A stretch of DNA of 64,000 nucleotides from an uncultured virus (IMG/VR IMGVR_UViG_3300014204_000168) (lineage: Duplodnaviria; Heunggongvirae; Uroviricota; Caudoviricetes): IMG/VR virus record IMGVR_UViG_3300014204_000168, positions 1 through 64,000 of that record, one strand, 5' to 3'. Position 1 is the first letter of the stretch. Every line of letters begins with the position of its first letter. A program made the position numbers and the translations under genes. Positions 10,451-22,200 of this stretch are shown here, piece after piece. The notes beneath the pieces were generated by a model. That model was not told where the DNA came from, did no database searches, and was given only the letters and a program-made list of their open reading frames with translations.

Positions 10451-12958
10451 ATGGATAAAAATATAAGAATACGAACAACACCCGGTGGTGGTGATAAATT
10501 TATTAAAGTTAAACTTGAACAAGATTTTGATTTTATTGAAATTTTATCATTAAAAATATCACAGGATGAAGTGTATCGTAAATTTTGTGCTGATTATGGT
10601 GTTATTACTGGTAGAGTAATAGCTAATAATGGATTTGGTGTACCAAATGCTAAAATATCTGTTTTTATACCTATTAGTGATGATGATAAAGAAAATCAAG
10701 AAATAATTGGTTTATATCCATATGAATTTGTTACTGATAAAAACAGTAATGGTGTTAGATATAATTTATTAACCAATGAACCTCAGAACGAATGTCATGT
10801 ACCAGTTGGAACCATGCCAACTAAACGAGAAATTCTAGATAATGATATATTATTAGAAATTTTCGAAAAATATTATAAATTTACAACAACAACTAATAAT
10901 TCTGGTGATTATATGATATTTGGTGTACCAACCGGTCAACAAATATTACATATGGATTGTGACTTATCCGATTTAGGTTTATTGACACAAAGGCCTTATG
11001 ATATGACTAGACAAGGTTCAACATTAAAACAATTTGAATCACCAACTAAATTTAAAAGTGGTAATAATTTAGACTCTTTAACTCAAGTTAAATCATCTAA
11101 TATAGGTGTCAATGTTCAACCATTTTGGGGTGATGTTGATAGTTGTGAAGTTGGGATATCTAGAGTTGATTTTAATATACCTTATTTTTTTCAACCTTCC
11201 GCAATATTCATAGGTAGTTTATTTAGTGATAACGATAAACATAGTATAAATAAAAACTGTAGACCACGTAAAAAAAGTGGTGATTTATGTGAAACTGTAA
11301 CTAGTGAAGGTACAATTGAGATGATTCGTAGAACAATAGATAATGAAGTTGAAAGATTTGATGTTGAAGGTGGACGTGTAATAGATGATGATGGTACATG
11401 GAGTTATCAAATACCTATGAATTTAGATTATATGATTACTGATGAATTTGGTAACTTAGTTATTTCTGAAGACCCTAATAAAGGTGTTCCAACTAGAGCT
11501 GAAGTTAGATTTAGGGTAAGTATGGATGTAACGGGTGATGAAGGTAGATTAAGAACTAGAGCAGCTTATTTAATACCAAATAACCCAAGTAATATAAATG
11601 ACGTTGATTATACATTTGATGAAACAACAATTAATGATAAAAGTTTTGTTGAATTAAAATGGAATAAATTATATACTGTTAAAAACCTTATAACTAGGTA
11701 TCAACCTAATAATAATAATAAAAATAATAGAAATTTCGTTGGTATTAAAAATGTTGATGATTGTGGTAGCCACACACCTTTTCCATATAATAGAATTGAT
11801 ACTGATATAAACCCATTATTCATGGTTATATGTACAATGATAACAATATTAATTGATACAATAGCTATAATAAATAGTACAATAATTTGGGCTATGAATA
11901 AAATTATTGGTGCTATAAACGATATAATACATGTTATTAATAAAATTATTGGTGCAATTTCCTCATTATTTGGTGGGGATGGACCAAAAGATTTTAGTGT
12001 AAATACAATTGAATGTATACCAATAACTATAGATACTGTATTATATAAACCGGGTTGTGATGGTAGTCCTAACGACAAAGAAAATTTAAAAAATAGTTTA
12101 AAATTAATTTTAGGTGATTATTTAAATATATTTGAATTTGATTTTTATAATGATTGGATTAATGGTTCGTTATATTTTCCTTTATTAAAATATAAGCATA
12201 AAAAAAATGAAAAGGAAAAGTTTTGTGATTATGATTGTGCGACAAATCCAGATATTGACTGTAATAATGCATATATTCTAGACACTTGTATTGACGAACA
12301 TAATGATGATGGTTCACTACCTTTAAATAATGGTATTATTAAAAAATATAATGATGAGTTGTATTACCCATCGTTATATGATAATGGGCTATTGTACCCA
12401 ACAGATATTTTATTATTAGGTAGTATAAAAGAATGTGATGCTGATGGTATACCAAATATATATAAATCATTAATACCAACAACTTACCAACTACCAGAAT
12501 ATATTAATGATGCTACTGATGCTACTGATGAGCAAACAATGGTACCATTATTTTTTGATAATATAAGTTGTATTAGATTTGATGTTAGTAATAATAATAG
12601 ATTCAATATTAATACTTGTTGTGAATTAGGTATTGATTTAGGTAATAATAGTAAATCATTAATTGATAATGATAATATAAATGATACAACATTAAGAAAA
12701 CAAATTATTTGTATGAATACTCCGGGATTAACCATGAATGATTTTACAAGTAAAACGGATAATTTTTATGATAATAGTGGTTATTATTATAAACATACTG
12801 GATACAATGATATAAATAGCGGTTATAATTTATATAGAGATTTGAGAGGTACATTAAATATACCGAGAGGTGGCTCATTATTCTTTTATTTTGGTATTAT
12901 ACCGGGTAAGTCAGCAATTGATAAAGCTAATTCTAAATTTTTCACTAACTGTAAATAA
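10451..12958 (+). CDS. Putative virion structural protein
   Basis: 835 aa in baseplate block; Cys-rich, with a hydrophobic/amphipathic segment. Confidence 0.65.
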   Translation: MDKNIRIRTTPGGGDKFIKVKLEQDFDFIEILSLKISQDEVYRKFCADYGVITGRVIANNGFGVPNAKISVFIPISDDDKENQEIIGLYPYEFVTDKNSNGVRYNLLTNEPQNECHVPVGTMPTKREILDNDILLEIFEKYYKFTTTTNNSGDYMIFGVPTGQQILHMDCDLSDLGLLTQRPYDMTRQGSTLKQFESPTKFKSGNNLDSLTQVKSSNIGVNVQPFWGDVDSCEVGISRVDFNIPYFFQPSAIFIGSLFSDNDKHSINKNCRPRKKSGDLCETVTSEGTIEMIRRTIDNEVERFDVEGGRVIDDDGTWSYQIPMNLDYMITDEFGNLVISEDPNKGVPTRAEVRFRVSMDVTGDEGRLRTRAAYLIPNNPSNINDVDYTFDETTINDKSFVELKWNKLYTVKNLITRYQPNNNNKNNRNFVGIKNVDDCGSHTPFPYNRIDTDINPLFMVICTMITILIDTIAIINSTIIWAMNKIIGAINDIIHVINKIIGAISSLFGGDGPKDFSVNTIECIPITIDTVLYKPGCDGSPNDKENLKNSLKLILGDYLNIFEFDFYNDWINGSLYFPLLKYKHKKNEKEKFCDYDCATNPDIDCNNAYILDTCIDEHNDDGSLPLNNGIIKKYNDELYYPSLYDNGLLYPTDILLLGSIKECDADGIPNIYKSLIPTTYQLPEYINDATDATDEQTMVPLFFDNISCIRFDVSNNNRFNINTCCELGIDLGNNSKSLIDNDNINDTTLRKQIICMNTPGLTMNDFTSKTDNFYDNSGYYYKHTGYNDINSGYNLYRDLRGTLNIPRGGSLFFYFGIIPGKSAIDKANSKFFTNCK

Positions 12959-12959
12959 T

Positions 12960-14570
12960 ATGAGTGATAGAATAAAACATAGATTAGGTAAAGAATTATC
13001 TAAATCATCTGTTAATACAGATACTGGTATTGGTGTAAATATAACACAAAATAATCGACTATTACCATCTGGTGATATGAATAGAATTTTGGATGTTAGT
13101 GAACAATTTAATAAAGAGAGAAATTCATCAACCAATTATAGATTTATAATTTCATTAAACGGCTTATTAACAAATGTGTTAACTGATATTAATAATAATG
13201 GTATTAATAATACTGATACGTTATGGTATTTAAGTGGTAATACTTTCATGGTTGATGGTGATGGTAACACATTATTTAATAATTCAGTTGATTGTATTAA
13301 AAATTATAGAATTGATTCAAATGGTTGGATAGGTTATACTAACCCAGCTTGGGTAACTAATAACACATGTAAATTTATAGATTTATATCCTAAAAGGGAA
13401 GTTTTTAATTTTGCACCGAAGAATAAAATTAAAAACTGGAATATGTTTTTAACGTATCCATCAACAACTGATAAAACACATACACTAGTTAATGGTGGTT
13501 TATTAATTATAAACAAAAATGTTGGTAATATTGGGTCTAAAGAATACATTTCTTTAACCACACCAGTAAAACATGGTTTAAATAAAGGTGATGTTGTTAA
13601 TATCGATAATAATAACTATAACGTGTTAAGGACAGGTGAAGATAATGGTGATAATCAAGATTATGTGTTTATTATAGAATTACCATCACCATCAAATATT
13701 GTTGGTATTAATTCTAGAATGAAAAGAGTATATAATGGACAAGAATCTGAATATTATTTTAGGGTATTTGAAAAATTAAGTGGTCAGGATGATTATGAAG
13801 TTTATCCGATAGCATTTAGTAAAAATTTATTTAGTGATAATTTATGTCAGGTAGTTTTTAATAAAGATATTGATACATCAATTTATAAAGATAATTTAGG
13901 ACGGCCAATATCTGAGGTTTATTTAACAATAATAAAAGAAAATAATAATGGTTTTAGTAATATTGATTCAGGTATTGAAATCCCATTTTTTAATACAGTT
14001 CCATTAGATATACCAGATATTAATAGAATTCATAATAGTAATATTACTACTATAAGTAATGATAGTATTGAAAACAATGTTTTAAGTAATGATAATGTTT
14101 TTTATGGTGATGTCGTTGAATATAATAAATTAAATGTATCTGAAGTGTTATTAGGTGAAGTTAGACATAGATTTAATAGAGTTAATAGAGACGTAATGAA
14201 ACATGCTGAAGGTTATTATTATAAACCTCATCATAAGATAGAATTAAGGTATTGGTCAACATTTGTTGAAGAAGGTGATAATAATACTATTGGTATACCT
14301 GATTATGCTGAAAAAATAGATGGTAACAGATATTTATGGAGAGATTTGTTAGATATTGGTATGAACGATGGTCAATCTAAAATTTTAGATTATCCATTTC
14401 TAAATGGTTCGCATTACCCATATAGTAATGTGATTTTAAAATTAAGGAGACAAGACCCTTTTAATATATATGGTTTATATAAAACAATAGAACCAACAGA
14501 TATTTTTGGTAATAAAATAAATTTAGACAATAATACAATTAAAAAAAACGTGGATGGATATTGTTCATAG
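12960..14570 (+). CDS. Putative virion structural protein
   Basis: ATG at 12960 follows the upstream stop, preferred over GTG at 12870. Confidence 0.65.
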   Translation: MSDRIKHRLGKELSKSSVNTDTGIGVNITQNNRLLPSGDMNRILDVSEQFNKERNSSTNYRFIISLNGLLTNVLTDINNNGINNTDTLWYLSGNTFMVDGDGNTLFNNSVDCIKNYRIDSNGWIGYTNPAWVTNNTCKFIDLYPKREVFNFAPKNKIKNWNMFLTYPSTTDKTHTLVNGGLLIINKNVGNIGSKEYISLTTPVKHGLNKGDVVNIDNNNYNVLRTGEDNGDNQDYVFIIELPSPSNIVGINSRMKRVYNGQESEYYFRVFEKLSGQDDYEVYPIAFSKNLFSDNLCQVVFNKDIDTSIYKDNLGRPISEVYLTIIKENNNGFSNIDSGIEIPFFNTVPLDIPDINRIHNSNITTISNDSIENNVLSNDNVFYGDVVEYNKLNVSEVLLGEVRHRFNRVNRDVMKHAEGYYYKPHHKIELRYWSTFVEEGDNNTIGIPDYAEKIDGNRYLWRDLLDIGMNDGQSKILDYPFLNGSHYPYSNVILKLRRQDPFNIYGLYKTIEPTDIFGNKINLDNNTIKKNVDGYCS

Positions 14571-15339
14571 ATATACTTTTAAGTTGAATGATTCAACAAG
14601 TGCTAGCACTATTAATATTCCTATTAATTTAGAAGCATACCCTATTGACCAATCTGAACTAATTGAAACGACTTTTGTTGATATTGAAATGACTAAATCA
14701 ATAAATCCAATAATAGATTATGAGATGGTTAGATTTTCACCAGTAGATTTTAATAATAATGAATTAATAACTATTATCTATAAGATTATATTGAATAATG
14801 GTGGTAATTATGATAACGCTTGGTTTGAAAACGATGATTTTTATTATAGGAGAAATGTTTTGAAAAAATCTTTTTTAAAATTAGATTTTTATGATAGTCC
14901 TATATTAACGAGCCAAAATTATTTATTTTCTTCAACATTATATTGTCGAGTTTTAAATGATATGTACACAACAGCGAATAAATTAAAAGATGTTAGTATT
15001 ATACCATTAGAATTTAAATTAGATGACCCAATTTCAATACCAAGTGGTGTTACAGAAGGTTATTATATATATGATTATAAAGAAGATATCTCATATAATA
15101 CACCAAAAGAAATTTATATGAAATGTAGTTTTAACAATGCAAAAGATGGAAAAACTTATAATTTAATGATTAGCAATACACCTCAAACGATTGATAATTT
15201 AGTTAATAAATTACATATTAAATACACGTTAAAGATTGACATTAATGGTAAATATTATTATCAATTAGATGATGTTAATAATATAATATTAGATAATGAT
15301 TCAGCAACAATAAATTTATATGAAATTAAAGTACTTTAA
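14554..15339 (+). CDS. Hypothetical (putative structural) protein
   Basis: 261-aa ORF coupled to neighbours. Confidence 0.65.
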   Translation: MDIVHRYTFKLNDSTSASTINIPINLEAYPIDQSELIETTFVDIEMTKSINPIIDYEMVRFSPVDFNNNELITIIYKIILNNGGNYDNAWFENDDFYYRRNVLKKSFLKLDFYDSPILTSQNYLFSSTLYCRVLNDMYTTANKLKDVSIIPLEFKLDDPISIPSGVTEGYYIYDYKEDISYNTPKEIYMKCSFNNAKDGKTYNLMISNTPQTIDNLVNKLHIKYTLKIDINGKYYYQLDDVNNIILDNDSATINLYEIKVL

Positions 15340-16145
15340 TGGAATTAATTAGAAGAAAAATATTAATCGAGGATTTAATTAGTAGACAACCGGGTGTTAA
15401 TTATGGTACCATGGCATCAACTATATATGTCAATCTTATGATTACACAAAATATGGATGATATGGGTATGTTTACTGATGCGGATTATACCCCATTAAAC
15501 GGTGTTATGTATAATTATGAAATCGATACTATTAATGCAACATTTAGTGCTACAACATCAGTTTCAACTGATATACCATTAACTGTTGAAGATTATTTTA
15601 GTACTATTAATCCAGTAATTACTGGTTATACTGATTCTAAAATTACATCATATCAATCATATAATAGAATTACCCCATATAATACATCATTTATTCCTAA
15701 TAGTGGTGAATATATAAATTATAAAGGTGAAACTATTGATGGTATTAGTAAAATAACAAGTTTAATTGGTCCAACTGGTTATACAGTAGATGGTAATAAT
15801 GATACATATCTTGGAACTGAAAATCAGAATGGTGGTATATTATATAATGATTATAATTCTATAAGAATTGTTAGGAAACAAGATGTTATTAATGGTAGTG
15901 TAAGGATTCCGCTATCAACATTTAAAATTAAAAGTGAAGGCTGGAACGAAACAAATATAAGTTTATCGGCTTTAACTAAAGAAGAAATATATTTAGGTAT
16001 AATTTCTCCACCAGAAGTAAAAAGTGATGTATTTATAGAAAGAGGAAATACTTCAGTTTTAGAACCGCATTTAAAGTTATCTGAAATTGAAAGTATTGAC
16101 CACCTTGAAATATATGGTAATGGATATTATAAATTAATTAAATAA
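15339..16145 (+). CDS. Hypothetical (putative structural) protein
   Basis: 268-aa ORF, TAATG stop-start overlap. Confidence 0.65.
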   Translation: MELIRRKILIEDLISRQPGVNYGTMASTIYVNLMITQNMDDMGMFTDADYTPLNGVMYNYEIDTINATFSATTSVSTDIPLTVEDYFSTINPVITGYTDSKITSYQSYNRITPYNTSFIPNSGEYINYKGETIDGISKITSLIGPTGYTVDGNNDTYLGTENQNGGILYNDYNSIRIVRKQDVINGSVRIPLSTFKIKSEGWNETNISLSALTKEEIYLGIISPPEVKSDVFIERGNTSVLEPHLKLSEIESIDHLEIYGNGYYKLIK

Positions 16146-16146
16146 A

Positions 16147-16350
16147 ATGATGGGTGCAACATTAAGTACAAATGAAAACGTTAAATATTTTAAGAATAAA
16201 GTTGAATTTAAACTTAAAATTATTAATCGAAAAATTAATGAAAATAAAGATATAACTAATTCTTTAAATTCACTAAATAGAATTTACAAACAATATTTAA
16301 TGGTATTAGATATTAATAAAGTAGAAAAATATATAACTGAAAATAAATAA
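16147..16350 (+). CDS. Small hypothetical protein
   Basis: 67-aa ORF filling the gap between genes. Confidence 0.5.
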   Translation: MMGATLSTNENVKYFKNKVEFKLKIINRKINENKDITNSLNSLNRIYKQYLMVLDINKVEKYITENK

Positions 16351-16353
16351 TAA

Positions 16354-17181
16354 ATGAGTAATCAACACACCATGAAAAAATATAATGATGAGGAAATTAA
16401 TGAAATAATTTCTTTATACGAATCAGGTATGTCAATTACTAAAATAGGTGTTGTGTTGAAAAGGAGTAAAAACAGTATTAAAATAATATTAATAGAGAAT
16501 AATATTTTTGTTAATGACCGAGATAATATTAAAATTGAATTATCTGATTCTGACATTAATAAAATTAAAAAATTATTTTTAGATGAAGGTCTATCATGTA
16601 CTAAAATATCTGAGTTATATAGTAGTAGTAGACCATCAATAGTTAGATTATTAAAATCTAATGGTGTTAATATTAATTCAAATAGTAATGGTAAAAAAGT
16701 AATATTATCTGAAGACCAGAAAGAAATGATTGAATATTTATATAAAGAAGAATATAATAATTATTTACAAATATCTCAAAAATTAAATTTAACTGAATCA
16801 TATGTAAGTAAATACATAGGTTTATCTGGGTATAGACGTGATAAAAGTAAAGGTGTTAGTGTTGGGTTAATTAAAAGATATAAAGGTATTTCATATGATA
16901 AATATCTTGAATTACTACCCGAATATAATAAATATAAGCGAGAGGTGTTATATATAACTAATAAACAAGTAATTAAATTATTGGATAATTATAATAAAAG
17001 AGGTGTAAGTGGTAAAGAAGGTGCTTATCATTTAGACCATAAATTTTCAATAAATGAAGGTTTTAAACAAGGTATTAAACCTGAAATTATAGGTAATATA
17101 ACTAATTTAGAATTCATACCTTGGGAAGATAATTTATCTAAAAGGTGTAACTGTTCGATAACATTAAATAATATAATATAA
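16354..17181 (+). CDS. Putative HNH homing endonuclease with N-terminal HTH repeats
   Basis: Three HTH-like repeats; YHLDHKFS...NLEFIPWEDNLSK. Confidence 0.75.
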   Translation: MSNQHTMKKYNDEEINEIISLYESGMSITKIGVVLKRSKNSIKIILIENNIFVNDRDNIKIELSDSDINKIKKLFLDEGLSCTKISELYSSSRPSIVRLLKSNGVNINSNSNGKKVILSEDQKEMIEYLYKEEYNNYLQISQKLNLTESYVSKYIGLSGYRRDKSKGVSVGLIKRYKGISYDKYLELLPEYNKYKREVLYITNKQVIKLLDNYNKRGVSGKEGAYHLDHKFSINEGFKQGIKPEIIGNITNLEFIPWEDNLSKRCNCSITLNNII

Positions 17182-17182
17182 T

Positions 17183-18097
17183 ATGGCAAATGGAACATAC
17201 GGTAATATAAGACCAGCAGATATTTCACCTAACGATTGTGAGATATTTATGCATTACACACCTTCTAGAGGTGTAATAGGTAATACTGAATTAATAAAAT
17301 TAGTACCTAGTGAGGTATTAATAAAAATGGAAAATCCAAATAAAACGAGTGGTACTAATGAAATATTTGGTGGTTTATATACATTAAAATTATTAACAAA
17401 AGATTTTGGTGAAAAGGGTATTTACACTATAATAATTAAACCTATTGAAATTAGAACAACTATCACTGATTGTGGTGTATTATCAGCATATCCAAATGTT
17501 AAAGGTTTAGTATTAGATATGTCTACAGTACCTAGTACATTTAGTAGTTTATTTGAAAATGGTGGGTTAACTGGTTATAGAATAGAATATCTTAGTACTG
17601 ACCCGTCAGCAACTGAACGTAAAATAAGAAATTTTTTCAGAATTATAACATCTAATAATAAAGTTGAGCCAGTAAATTCGAATTTAAGTAATTCGAATCA
17701 AAAAGCTTTACGTTATAGATTTAATGATAACTCTAATTTAACGTTTCTTAGTGTATCACCAAGTTCGGCACCAAATGTAAAACCAAATGCCGTACCGTAT
17801 ATAGGTGAAACAAATCAAGAAATTATAATTACCAATACTTTCTTCAATCCGATAATGATTGAAATAGAAATGGTTGAACATGATATTGAAACATTAGCAT
17901 ATGGTATATTAGGACCTCAAACTAAATCACTTGAAGATGGTGTTTACACAGTTTATAATTTTAATGAAGAAATTTATAAACAATGGAATCTTTATGAAAT
18001 TAAAGACCAATATAGTGGTAAACCATTATTTGAGGTTAGAGAAGAAAGAGCAAGTATAGATTTTACAAAACAATTTAACGATATATCAAATGTTTAA
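17183..18097 (+). CDS. Putative virion structural protein
   Basis: 304-aa ORF in structural block. Confidence 0.65.
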   Translation: MANGTYGNIRPADISPNDCEIFMHYTPSRGVIGNTELIKLVPSEVLIKMENPNKTSGTNEIFGGLYTLKLLTKDFGEKGIYTIIIKPIEIRTTITDCGVLSAYPNVKGLVLDMSTVPSTFSSLFENGGLTGYRIEYLSTDPSATERKIRNFFRIITSNNKVEPVNSNLSNSNQKALRYRFNDNSNLTFLSVSPSSAPNVKPNAVPYIGETNQEIIITNTFFNPIMIEIEMVEHDIETLAYGILGPQTKSLEDGVYTVYNFNEEIYKQWNLYEIKDQYSGKPLFEVREERASIDFTKQFNDISNV

Positions 18098-18170
18098 TTA
18101 AATGGAATATAGTATAGATTTTTTTGTAATTATTTTTAATTCATGATATTTATATTAAAGTAAAATAGTT

Positions 18171-19271
18171 ATGAGTAATGTAAAAAAATTTATAGAAAAA
18201 TCTATTAATATTCATGGTAGTAAATACAATTATGATAATGTTATTTATATAAATAACACTACATTAGTATCAATCGTTTGCCTTATTCATGGTGAATTTA
18301 AACAAAAACCCATTAATCATTTAAATGGTTGTGGGTGTCAAAAATGTGCTAGATTAAATCAAAATATTAAAACTAAATTAAATAATGATAAGTTTATTGA
18401 AAAAGCTAAATTAATACATGGCGATAAATATAATTATTCTGAGGTAGATTATATTAATGCTAAAACAAAAATTAAAATAATATGTACAGAACACGGTGTT
18501 TTTGAACAATCACCAAATAGACATTTAAGTGGTGATGGTTGCCCAAAATGTGCTGGTAGAGATAAAACAATCAACGATTTCGTTAATATATCCAATAAAA
18601 AACATAATTTTAAATATAATTATGAATTTATTACACAAAATAATATTAAATATGATTTAGATGTCAAAATAGTGTGTCCAATACATGGTGAATTCTATCA
18701 AAAACCAAGTTCACATATTTTTAAATATGGTTGCCCTGAGTGTGGTGGTAAACTTAAATTAAATAATGATAAGTTTATTGAAAAAGCTAAATTAATACAT
18801 GGTGATAAATATAATTATTCTAATATTAATTATATAAATAGTAATACTAAGATTAAAATAATTTGTGATAAACATGGGTTATTTAAACAAACCCCTTGTA
18901 ATCATTTACAAGGTCAGGGTTGTCCAATATGTAAAGAATCTAAAGGTGAAAAAAATATTAGACGATATTTATTATTAAATAATATTGAGTTTATTAGTGA
19001 ATATAAATTTAATGAGTGTTATAATGAGAAATTATTACCATTTGATTTTTATTTACCTAAAACTAATACTTGTATTGAATATGATGGTATTCAACATTAT
19101 AAACCAATTAATAGATTTGGTGGTGAACTTGGTTTTAAAAGGGGTAAAATTAATGATGAAATAAAAAATGATTTTTGTTCTAAAAATAAAATAAAATTAA
19201 TAAGAATATCTTATTTTGAGGATATTATAAAAGTGTTAAACGATAATAAAAAATGGGTAATGGGAAAATAA
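18171..19271 (+). CDS. Putative homing endonuclease: four Zn-ribbon repeats plus Vsr/DUF559-like nuclease
   Basis: Four CxxHG-F-Q-P..H..GCxxC repeats; LPFDFYLP...IEYDGIQHY. Confidence 0.8.
   Translation: MSNVKKFIEKSINIHGSKYNYDNVIYINNTTLVSIVCLIHGEFKQKPINHLNGCGCQKCARLNQNIKTKLNNDKFIEKAKLIHGDKYNYSEVDYINAKTKIKIICTEHGVFEQSPNRHLSGDGCPKCAGRDKTINDFVNISNKKHNFKYNYEFITQNNIKYDLDVKIVCPIHGEFYQKPSSHIFKYGCPECGGKLKLNNDKFIEKAKLIHGDKYNYSNINYINSNTKIKIICDKHGLFKQTPCNHLQGQGCPICKESKGEKNIRRYLLLNNIEFISEYKFNECYNEKLLPFDFYLPKTNTCIEYDGIQHYKPINRFGGELGFKRGKINDEIKNDFCSKNKIKLIRISYFEDIIKVLNDNKKWVMGK
18374..18821 (+). repeat. 67-bp near-identical direct repeat inside the endonuclease gene
   Basis: 18374-18440 versus 18755-18821, one mismatch (KLNNDKFIEKAKLIHGDKYNYS twice). 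Confidence 0.85.
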
Positions 19272-22200
19272 AGGTTGTTGGTTATGCTAAACGAGTGTTT
19301 TATGATGGTAACATCGAATATCGTAATTTTTCAGATTCACTTGTTGGCCAACAAATCACAAGTTCTGATGGTACAACATTATTTACTAGTGGTAGTTTTA
19401 ATGTTACAATTAATAATGACCCTAAAGTAAGTAAATTATTTAAAACTAATAAGTTTTCTAATTTTGTAACTTTAAATACATTAGAATTAACTGAAACACA
19501 ATTAGCAGTTATAAATGATAATATTAAAATTAAATTAAATTTAGATAAAAGTAATTTAAGTAATTATGCTTATTTTGGTTCATTAAGAGAATTTGTACGT
19601 ATTTCTTTAGAACATATAATTTCTAATTGGCCGGCATCAATATTTGTTAATCCATTAGTAATTAATAACGTTGAAAATACCGTTGAAAATTATTCCTATG
19701 ATAATATAACAAACATATCTACATTTAAAACTAACACCAATACTTTAGATAATAAATACGGTATTAAATATTTAAAAAATGGTGTTACGTTAGATACATA
19801 TACTAGTGAAAATGATAAAAGAAATTTAACCGTTAACTATAATAACTATGTTATTTCTGGTTCTACAGGTGAATATAATATTATTGGTTATACTGGGGCA
19901 ACATCATCTAATAATGATTATATTTATTTCCAAGTGATTGGTAATCCATTTACTGGTGGTACGTTAAATCAAATACAATATTTTCATATAAAACCAAGTG
20001 ATGTTAAAATTAATGAATTTTTTGTTACATTACCAGATTTTGAGAAATATCTATTAAATAGAAGAACAACACCTATATACACATCAACATTCGTATATAC
20101 CGTTAAGAGTGATGAAGGGTTAGCTATTGAATCTAAAAAACAAATAACATGGCCATCAACAGATGGTTATAATATAGATTTTAACACAACAAATTATACT
20201 AATTTTGTTACAGATTTATTAGATTTATCCGATGCATCAGATTCTATTCAAACAAATATAATATCTAGATTCTTAGTTAGTAATGCTATATCTGATTTTG
20301 ATACTGTTTCTAAAGACAATGATGATGAGACAGAACAAAAAATGGATAAAACATTAAAAATATACGGTAGAGAATTTGACGAAATAAAGCATTTTACAGA
20401 CGGTTTAGCTTTAGTTAATGCAGTTAGCTATAATAAACAAGATAATACACCAGATGCCACGTTAAAGGCCTTAGCTAGAACATTAGGTTGGGATTTGACA
20501 TCTTCTTTAGAAGGTAATGATTTTATAACATCGTTTTTAACTCCATCAACAACTGATTTTAGTGGTGAAACAACTGGTTTAACACCAGCAGAGGCTGAAA
20601 TTGAAATGTGGAGAAGAATAATTCTTAATACACCATGGATTTGGAAATCAAAAGGTACTAGAAAAGCAATAGAATTCTTTTTTAAATTTATTGGAGCACC
20701 AAATGGTTTAATTAGATTTAATGAACATGTTTATAAGGCCGATGGTAAAATTAATATGGATACATTTCTAAAAGTGTTAGAAATTAATACTAATAATACT
20801 GATATCACCAATATACCAATAGATAGTGACGGTTATCCTAAAATATTGGGGAATACACCTAATATGTATTTTCAAAAAGCCGGTTTATGGTATAGACAAA
20901 CTGCTGGACCAGAATCAAATATTGACATTTTAGGTGGTAATAACCCACATATTGGCCCATATGACGGTGGTAATGAATATATGAATCAATTTAGATGTTT
21001 AATACCTAATTTTTCTAGTACAACATTAATTCAAGAAACTATTTTAACTGGTTCAACTAATTTATTTAGTAATTATAATAATGGTGTTATTAACGGCATA
21101 TTAGATGTAACATCAACAGCTAGTTGTGCAACATTAATTGATTGGGGTACTATATTATCTGGTGAAACAGAAAATTGTTATAATAATAATGTTACTAGTG
21201 GTGAAACACAAGAATGTCCTGATGGGTATGTTTTAAGTCCTGATGGAACGGAATGTTTATATTCTGATTCAATGTCAGCGGTATTTTTAGGAGATGGTTC
21301 AGTAATAACAGCTGGTGATACACACTTATCATATGGTAGCTTAGGTAGTAAATTTTATACTAATATAACTAATGTTGATTTACCAATTATTAAAAGAAGT
21401 TCATCACCACATAACCCATATGATTCAAGTAATGTTTTATTACCTTATTCAGCGACAAGTACTAATACTTTTTGGAAAAGTAGATTAAATACTATTGGTG
21501 TTAAAGGTAATCCGGCTACTAGTTGGAATGGATTTGCTCAATGTTATGAATTTACTGAAGATAAAACTTATTATATTGGGTTAGCTGCAGATAATTACAG
21601 TAGATTCTATATTAATCATGAATTAATAGTAGATTTTTCAACACAACCAGATTATAATCATAGTTATTGGTATGTTTTCCCATATGATTTCAAATATGGT
21701 AAATATATTATCGAAATGGAGGGTAGAAATTTAGATAATACGTCATCATTTGGTTTTGAGATATATGACCCTATTGATTTTGCTACATTAACGGGGGCAA
21801 CAGATAGTGGTTCAACGGGGGCTAACGTTATTTGGAGTACAAAAGAAAAAAGGGGTGAATATTTTGATTTTGGACCTAATTTAGGTTGGTCTTGTACAAC
21901 TGAGGGTTATGTGTTAGATACGTGTGGTGAAACACCTGTTTGTACTAAATTAATTCATACAGATGTAAATAGACCTAACGAACCAATATCAGCATATACA
22001 TTTAATGTTGATTGGAGGACTTTATATTATATAGATAATGAATTAGTATACACAAGCCCTGTATTTTATTCTAGTAGTGATAGGATAGACACACCTTCTC
22101 AAATAGACTATACAAATAGTTTACAATTGGGTGGTGATTCATTAAAACTTTCTTTGGAATTTATTAATGATGAAGTTATTTATACTAAAACACCTGAAGT